Positions 58,486-64,000 of a DNA stretch of 64,000 bases are shown here, in pieces. The notes under the pieces are model-generated. The model searched no databases. It saw only the letters and a program-made list of their open reading frames with translations, and was not told where the DNA came from. Positions within the stretch are counted from its first letter, which is position 1, and each line of letters opens with the position of its first letter. Source of the DNA: Octopus vulgaris (Eukaryota); the NCBI GenBank assembly GCA_951406725.2, contig OX597835.1, forward strand, positions 30,938,001-31,002,000, written 5' to 3'. A program made the position numbers and the translations under genes.

Positions 58486-59480
58486 TAATAATAATAATAA
58501 CATGAAAATAAGAAACAAAGAACTAATAAAATAAGATGATGAAAAAATAACAGGTAAAAAAATGGTTCTGCCATGTTGTTGTAGAATGTGTTGGCCAAAT
58601 TGACATATATTTCATTTTGCGCTTGGTTTAATTTTTACCTCCCTTTACCGTGTAAATGTCGCTCATAAGACGCGTCTTAAATCTGGAAAATGAAAGTAGG
58701 AATTTTGTTGTTGTTGTTGTTGTTGATATTTTTATTTACGTATTTCTTTCTGCATCTTCTTTCATTTTGTTTTTTTTTTATCATTATTCTGTCCTTATAT
58801 TTTTTAACTATAATTTTCGGTGCAACTTTGTGTGTATGTGTGTGTATTTGTGTTTGAGTACATGTTTTTATTTAATTTTATTATTCCAAACAACTTGCAT
58901 AAGCTGCAATGAAGCAGGTGGTAAATGCACATTGTACGCTTGCCAAAACACAACTTCCGCGTTGTCTGCCATGACGTCTTTGCTGGTTTCTACTTTTTTC
59001 ACTCCACATCTTTCTTTCTCTCCTTCTCTCTTTCCACCTTTCTCTCTCTTTCTCTTCTTCCATCCTAGAACACTTGTCACGCGTCTATTATAAATAGTTA
59101 TGCAGTATGTGTGTGTGTATGCTTGTATCTGTATCTGAATATCTATGCAAAAACACATTAACAGACGCACACACACACAGAGATGTGGGAAATAACGATA
59201 AACACTAGTTTATATCATTTGTCCCTACGTACGTTTCGTCATTGTAGTTGTCTGGAACTATGCGTTACTGGCTCCAAACGCAATTGAACGTCTAACCTCA
59301 AAGGTTCTTTAAGGAGCATTTTATTGCATTATCTTACAGGGATCTAAAATGCAGAAGCACTAGAAAAATATATCTCGATATCTATATTTATGTATCTATA
59401 TACCTATTTATCTCTCTCTCTCTTTCTCACTCTCTCTCTCTCTCTCTCTCTCCCTCTCACTATATATTTATATATATATA

Positions 59481-59905
59481 TCATCATCATCATCATCATT
59501 TAGCGTCCGCTTTCCATGCTAGCATGGGTTGGACGGTTCAACTGGGGTCTGGGAGGCCAGAAAGCTGTACCAGGCCCAGTCAGATCTGGCAATGTTTCTA
59601 CGGCTTGATGCCCTTCGTAACGCCAACTACTCCGTGAGTGTAGTGGGTGCTTTTTACGTGCCACCGGCACAGGTGCCAGACGAGGCTGGCAAACGGCCAC
59701 GGTCGGCTTTTACTTTTTGCGTTCCACCGGCACGGGGGCCAGGCGAGGCTGGCAACGGCCACGATCGGATGGTGCTTTTTACGTGCCACCGGCACGGGGT
59801 CCAGGCGAGTCTGGCAACGGCCACGTTCGGACGGTTCGCTTACGTGCCACCAGCAATGGTATTACAGCTGCAATTTCCATTGATGTTGACCGATTTCGAT
59901 TTTGA
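59481..59905 (-). mobile_element. SINE-like or RTE-tail repeat with (GAT)n tail and internal ~62-bp tandem units
   Basis: Minus strand ends gcatggaaagcggacgctaaatgatgatg; units containing acgtgccaccggcac x3.3; short related tip at 13880-13915. Confidence 0.7.
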
Positions 59906-60540
59906 GTGACAATTATTCGGTAGCCATGATAAAACTTCGAGTTTCGGGTGTCGGTGCAAAAACCAACACCACCATATCTTCAGTCATCCGGTCATCATAA
60001 TATGGCATGGAATTGACCGTTAAACGAAGGGAAATTACTGTGTGACTGTCCGTTATTATGACAAAAGAGCTATTAGAATGACCGCTGAGGAGAAAGAGTA
60101 ACGTAAGGGGGTAAAAATGTTCATAGTATTCGCGTGAGCGCGCCTGTCCATACCTACACATACGCGCCCGCAAACCCACGTACATGCGTCTATAAGTATA
60201 TATTTATCCACCCTCATTTGAAACACACACATGCTCACCCACAAATTCGCCAGAAAATATATACATATCCCCTCGCTTAACGGTCATTATAATAGCACTA
60301 TTGTCTTAATAACGGTCAATCATACAGTAATTTCCTTTCTCTAACGTTCATTTTCATAGCTTTTTTTCGATGGCCAGGTAACTGAAGAGACGGCGGCGTG
60401 GATTTCCGCCCCGACATCTGAAACTCGGAGTTTTATCATGGCTACCAAATAATTGTCACATATTATATTTACAGATAAATTCTTATATGTACATAATATC
60501 GAGGTCTCTTTCATTCTTTTGTTGTCTTACCATTTCTATT
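59906..60540. mobile_element. Inverted-arm element (about 185-bp diverged arms), each arm with a hammerhead motif
   Basis: gtgacaattattcggtagccatgataaaac (59906) versus gttttatcatggctaccaaataattgtcac (60459). Confidence 0.8.
60377..60437 (+). ncRNA. Type I hammerhead ribozyme motif
   Basis: ggtaa-CTGAAGA-gacggcgg..ccgcc..catct-GAAA-ctc g gag-TT-ttatc. Confidence 0.62.
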
Positions 60541-60797
60541 ATATATATACATATATATATATATATACATATAATTGTTCAAGAGGGCAACAACGGTTAA
60601 GGCAAGGCAAACATCCCAAGTGTGTCTTGTATTAACAATTGTTGTCCTCTGTATTGGAAATCTACAACTCTTCCATAATTCTCGTCTCGTCTATGACCTC
60701 GCAGTCCTGGTAATCCGTTACAGCACTTATCCAGCGTACCTAGTCGTTTAGATCACCTGTGAATTAAACCCCCATATTTTGTATGTATGTATGTATG

Positions 60798-60858
<61 letters not shown>

Positions 60859-60938
60859 TTATTTATTTATATACGTATATATATTTTTCGTTTTTGAATT
60901 TGGTTTGCAAGATTCTTTATGAGTTCGTGTGTTGAAGC

Positions 60939-61141
60939 ATATTCTATTGTGTCTGGGGAGTCATTCTCTTTTGGTGCCTTATAATTTAAGACACTCACCG
61001 GTAAAATTTCCACTTTTTTCTTTTTAAAAAAATAAAATAAGAACTAATAAATGAAATAAGAATAAGAAATAAGGGGAAATCTTACCAGTGAGTGTGTTAA
61101 ATTTTAAGGCACGAAAAGAAAATGACTCCTCAGGCACAACA

Positions 61142-61146
<5 letters not shown>
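60939..61146. repeat. Imperfect inverted repeat (about 80-bp arms) between (TA)n tracts
   Basis: 60939-61022 versus 61066-61146. Confidence 0.75.
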
Positions 61147-61200
<54 letters not shown>

Positions 61201-61206
<6 letters not shown>

Positions 61207-62100
61207 TAGGGAATAAATCCAAACTTACAGGGAAAAATCAGATTTAGGATTAAATCCAATTTTATAGTATAAATATATTATATTATATTATATTAAATTA
61301 GAGATAAAACCACTATTAGGCAAATCAAACAAGGAAAAACATAATCCAATACATAAAATTAATTGATTTATATTATTTTAAATATTAAAAGTATTAAAAG
61401 TATTAAAAGTTTAATAAAAGATAATGAGTAAAACACTACGATCGTTTCATGGCTGTACAATTCGTAATAATTCGAGTTATGGTTACAGTCAATCTTCAGG
61501 TTAATTGAAATATCTAAAATATAATCAAAAATATTTAAACAATATTTTTAAGATATAAATAATATAATAATTTTACTTATAATAAACTCTATTATCAAAC
61601 TAGAAACATAAAATTTAACAATTATGATTATATCAAAATCGACTATAATGTTAAATATTAATTTTATTTTATAAGGTAGGAAACCCACCAATAATTTAAT
61701 ATCGGTATTAGTCTATATCTAATTACATAAATATTTAAAAATTACTAATATATATAAATTATCAATGAAAATATATAAATGTATATAAATATTAAGATCT
61801 AAAATAATCTCTATAAATAAATACATATGCACATATAATAAAAACCTAATAAATTAATTTTTGATATTTAAAGATGAAATAGCTAATTTCAAAATACAAA
61901 TAAACAAACCCAAACGAACTTTCGGAAATCTTATGTAAAATACTTATAGAAATAATCAATTCGTAGTAATATAGTATCGAATAAATACTATAAATACTAT
62001 AAATATAATTATCAATGGGAATAACTAGCGAATATCAATTTAAAGAAATAACTAAGTTATGCTATTAAATTAGACATGGCCTGGACCAATCTTTAGTCGA
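61201..62100 (-). mobile_element. AT-rich probable Penelope-like element with hammerhead-like motif at 61433-61503
   Basis: Minus strand CTGAAGA-t-tgactgta...tacagcca-t-GAAA-cgatcg-TA; abuts (TA)n; inner boundary uncertain. Confidence 0.5.
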
Positions 62101-62138
62101 AACATATCTAAGTTTATCAAAGTTTATGTATGTATATA

Positions 62139-62330
62139 AAAAACAAAAGACGAAGACAGGTGGTGTACAAAACAAACAGATGTATTAGTATAAAGTTCAG
62201 GAAGAGAAAATGTCTTTTACGTTCCGAGCCTAAGCTCTTCTACAGAAAGGGGCACAGAAAAAACAAGGAGAGAAAAAAATGTGTGTAGTGGCTAACGACC
62301 TATCATGGTGACAGCCAGACAGTTGGGTCA
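62139..62330 (-). mobile_element. Copy of the 8910-9105 repeat with mutated hammerhead-like motif
   Basis: Minus strand cttt-CTGTAGA-a-gagc ttag gctc-GGAA-cg-TA-aaag. Confidence 0.6.
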
Positions 62331-62536
62331 AGAAAATTTGGATGTGTTTCGAACGAAAATTGGCCCAGTCCACATGTAACTTAATAGCACCAGAAAGGAT
62401 TTCCTAAATCATTTTGAAGTCAAGATTTGTAGTATTATGGCCGATTCAAGAATGTATATTACGTCCAGTGAGTTGTGTCGAAATATAGGTGGCTTCTCTG
62501 GTACGCCTTAAGTAAATTTATATAATCATTGACTGC

Positions 62537-62722
62537 TCTACAGATTTCAGCCTGTGGCTGAAACCATGCTGGAGCACCAGCTAAGTGTGTTTTAGGGTCT
62601 CCTTCCTGTAATGTTTTCGGTGAAGAAGCGAGTTGGGGAGAGATACTTGTCTCTGTGCCTGCTGCGAGACACTACCCTCCGTGGGTCATCTGGGATTCCA
62701 GAGCGATATTTGTCCAGATGCT
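62537..62722 (-). mobile_element. 3' tip of a CR1-clade LINE
   Basis: KHLDKYRSGIPDDP aligns to VGLDLFLSGVPDEP; ends ggtgctccagcatgg..gctgaaa. Confidence 0.6.
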
Positions 62723-62762
62723 TATACACACATACATACATACATATATATATATGTGTGTT

Positions 62763-62802
<40 letters not shown>

Positions 62803-63195
62803 AATGTTTGTATGTATCTATGTATGTATACTGTATATGTACATGAATCGTCATGAAAGCAAGATATTGGAGCTCTTTGTCAGTAATTATTAGACACAAC
62901 AGAGTGGCTCTAGGGCCGGGTGTTTCGTGCATTGGCACTTATCAGACGAGTTGTAAATTTGCACACACACACACACACACATATATATACATACATACTT
63001 ACGTACATATGTATGTATATATTAATATATATATTTATACATATTTCTATATTATATATGTATACATACATATAATACACAAACACACATACATATATAT
63101 GTATATACAAATGAAAGCAGATACACATATGTACATACATACATATATATATATATCTCCATCAACATACACGCATACGAACACACACATAGACT

Positions 63196-63232
<37 letters not shown>

Positions 63233-63647
63233 GCATACACACGAAATCCGATAGTGAATGCGATTATTCGGCTGAAACGAAGGACTTTTTACGGTTTTCT
63301 ACGTTCTATATTTTTTTTTACTCATAGTATGTGTCTCATTTTTTTTTTTTTGTCTTCGTCGTTTCGAGAGAAAATATATCTATTTTCATTTCTGCCATCG
63401 TTTTTTTCTTTTTTTTTTTTGTCTTTTATCCGCCTCACATTTGTTCCTCACAACCAGAATCTAATCTGTTGAACCGCTTTAGCGAAACAGCAATCGACAT
63501 ACGTACACATCCAGACATACATAAATACATACGTACGCACATACAGACATGCATACATGCAGAACACACACACACACATACATATATGATATACATCTAT
63601 ATATCTACTTATTTATCAATCTATCTATCTATCTATCTATCTATTTA

Positions 63648-63685
<38 letters not shown>

Positions 63686-63838
63686 CATGTGTAGAAGCAC
63701 ATGTACTCCCATGTGTCTATATAAATACATATATATATATGTATATATATGTATATATATGTATATATATGTATATATACATATAGACTCAAATGTATAC
63801 GGCCACCTATATATGTGCATATGAATATATATCTCGAA

Positions 63839-63880
<42 letters not shown>

Positions 63881-63904
63881 CACACACTCACAGGCATATA
63901 TATA

Positions 63905-63959
<55 letters not shown>

Positions 63960-64000
63960 ATATACATGTACAAATCATATAAAAATACATATAAATGTAT

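Overview
AT-rich eukaryotic (animal) non-coding DNA dominated by microsatellites ((TA)n, (CA)n, (GA)n, (TAA)n, (CAT)n, (TATC)n, (TATG)n). The repeat content resembles an octopus/cephalopod genome; this is inferred from recalled repeat families, not from a search. No intact host gene is visible, and nearly all listed ORFs are translations of simple repeats. The real coding remnants are all transposon-derived: a 1.5-kb 5'-truncated CR1-clade LINE RT (48936-50432), four R4/Dong-like restriction-like-endonuclease fragments sitting in (TAA)n, a mariner transposase relic and RTE fragments. Many tRNA-derived SINEs are also present. The most striking unexplained structure is a set of short elements in (TA)n tracts that carry hammerhead-ribozyme cores and often form inverted fold-backs, probably Penelope-like terminal repeats. 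At least one fold-back, possibly two, pivots at ribozyme stem III. There is also a candidate 18-nt micro-exon on the minus strand. Coordinates were read by eye, so boundaries are approximate.
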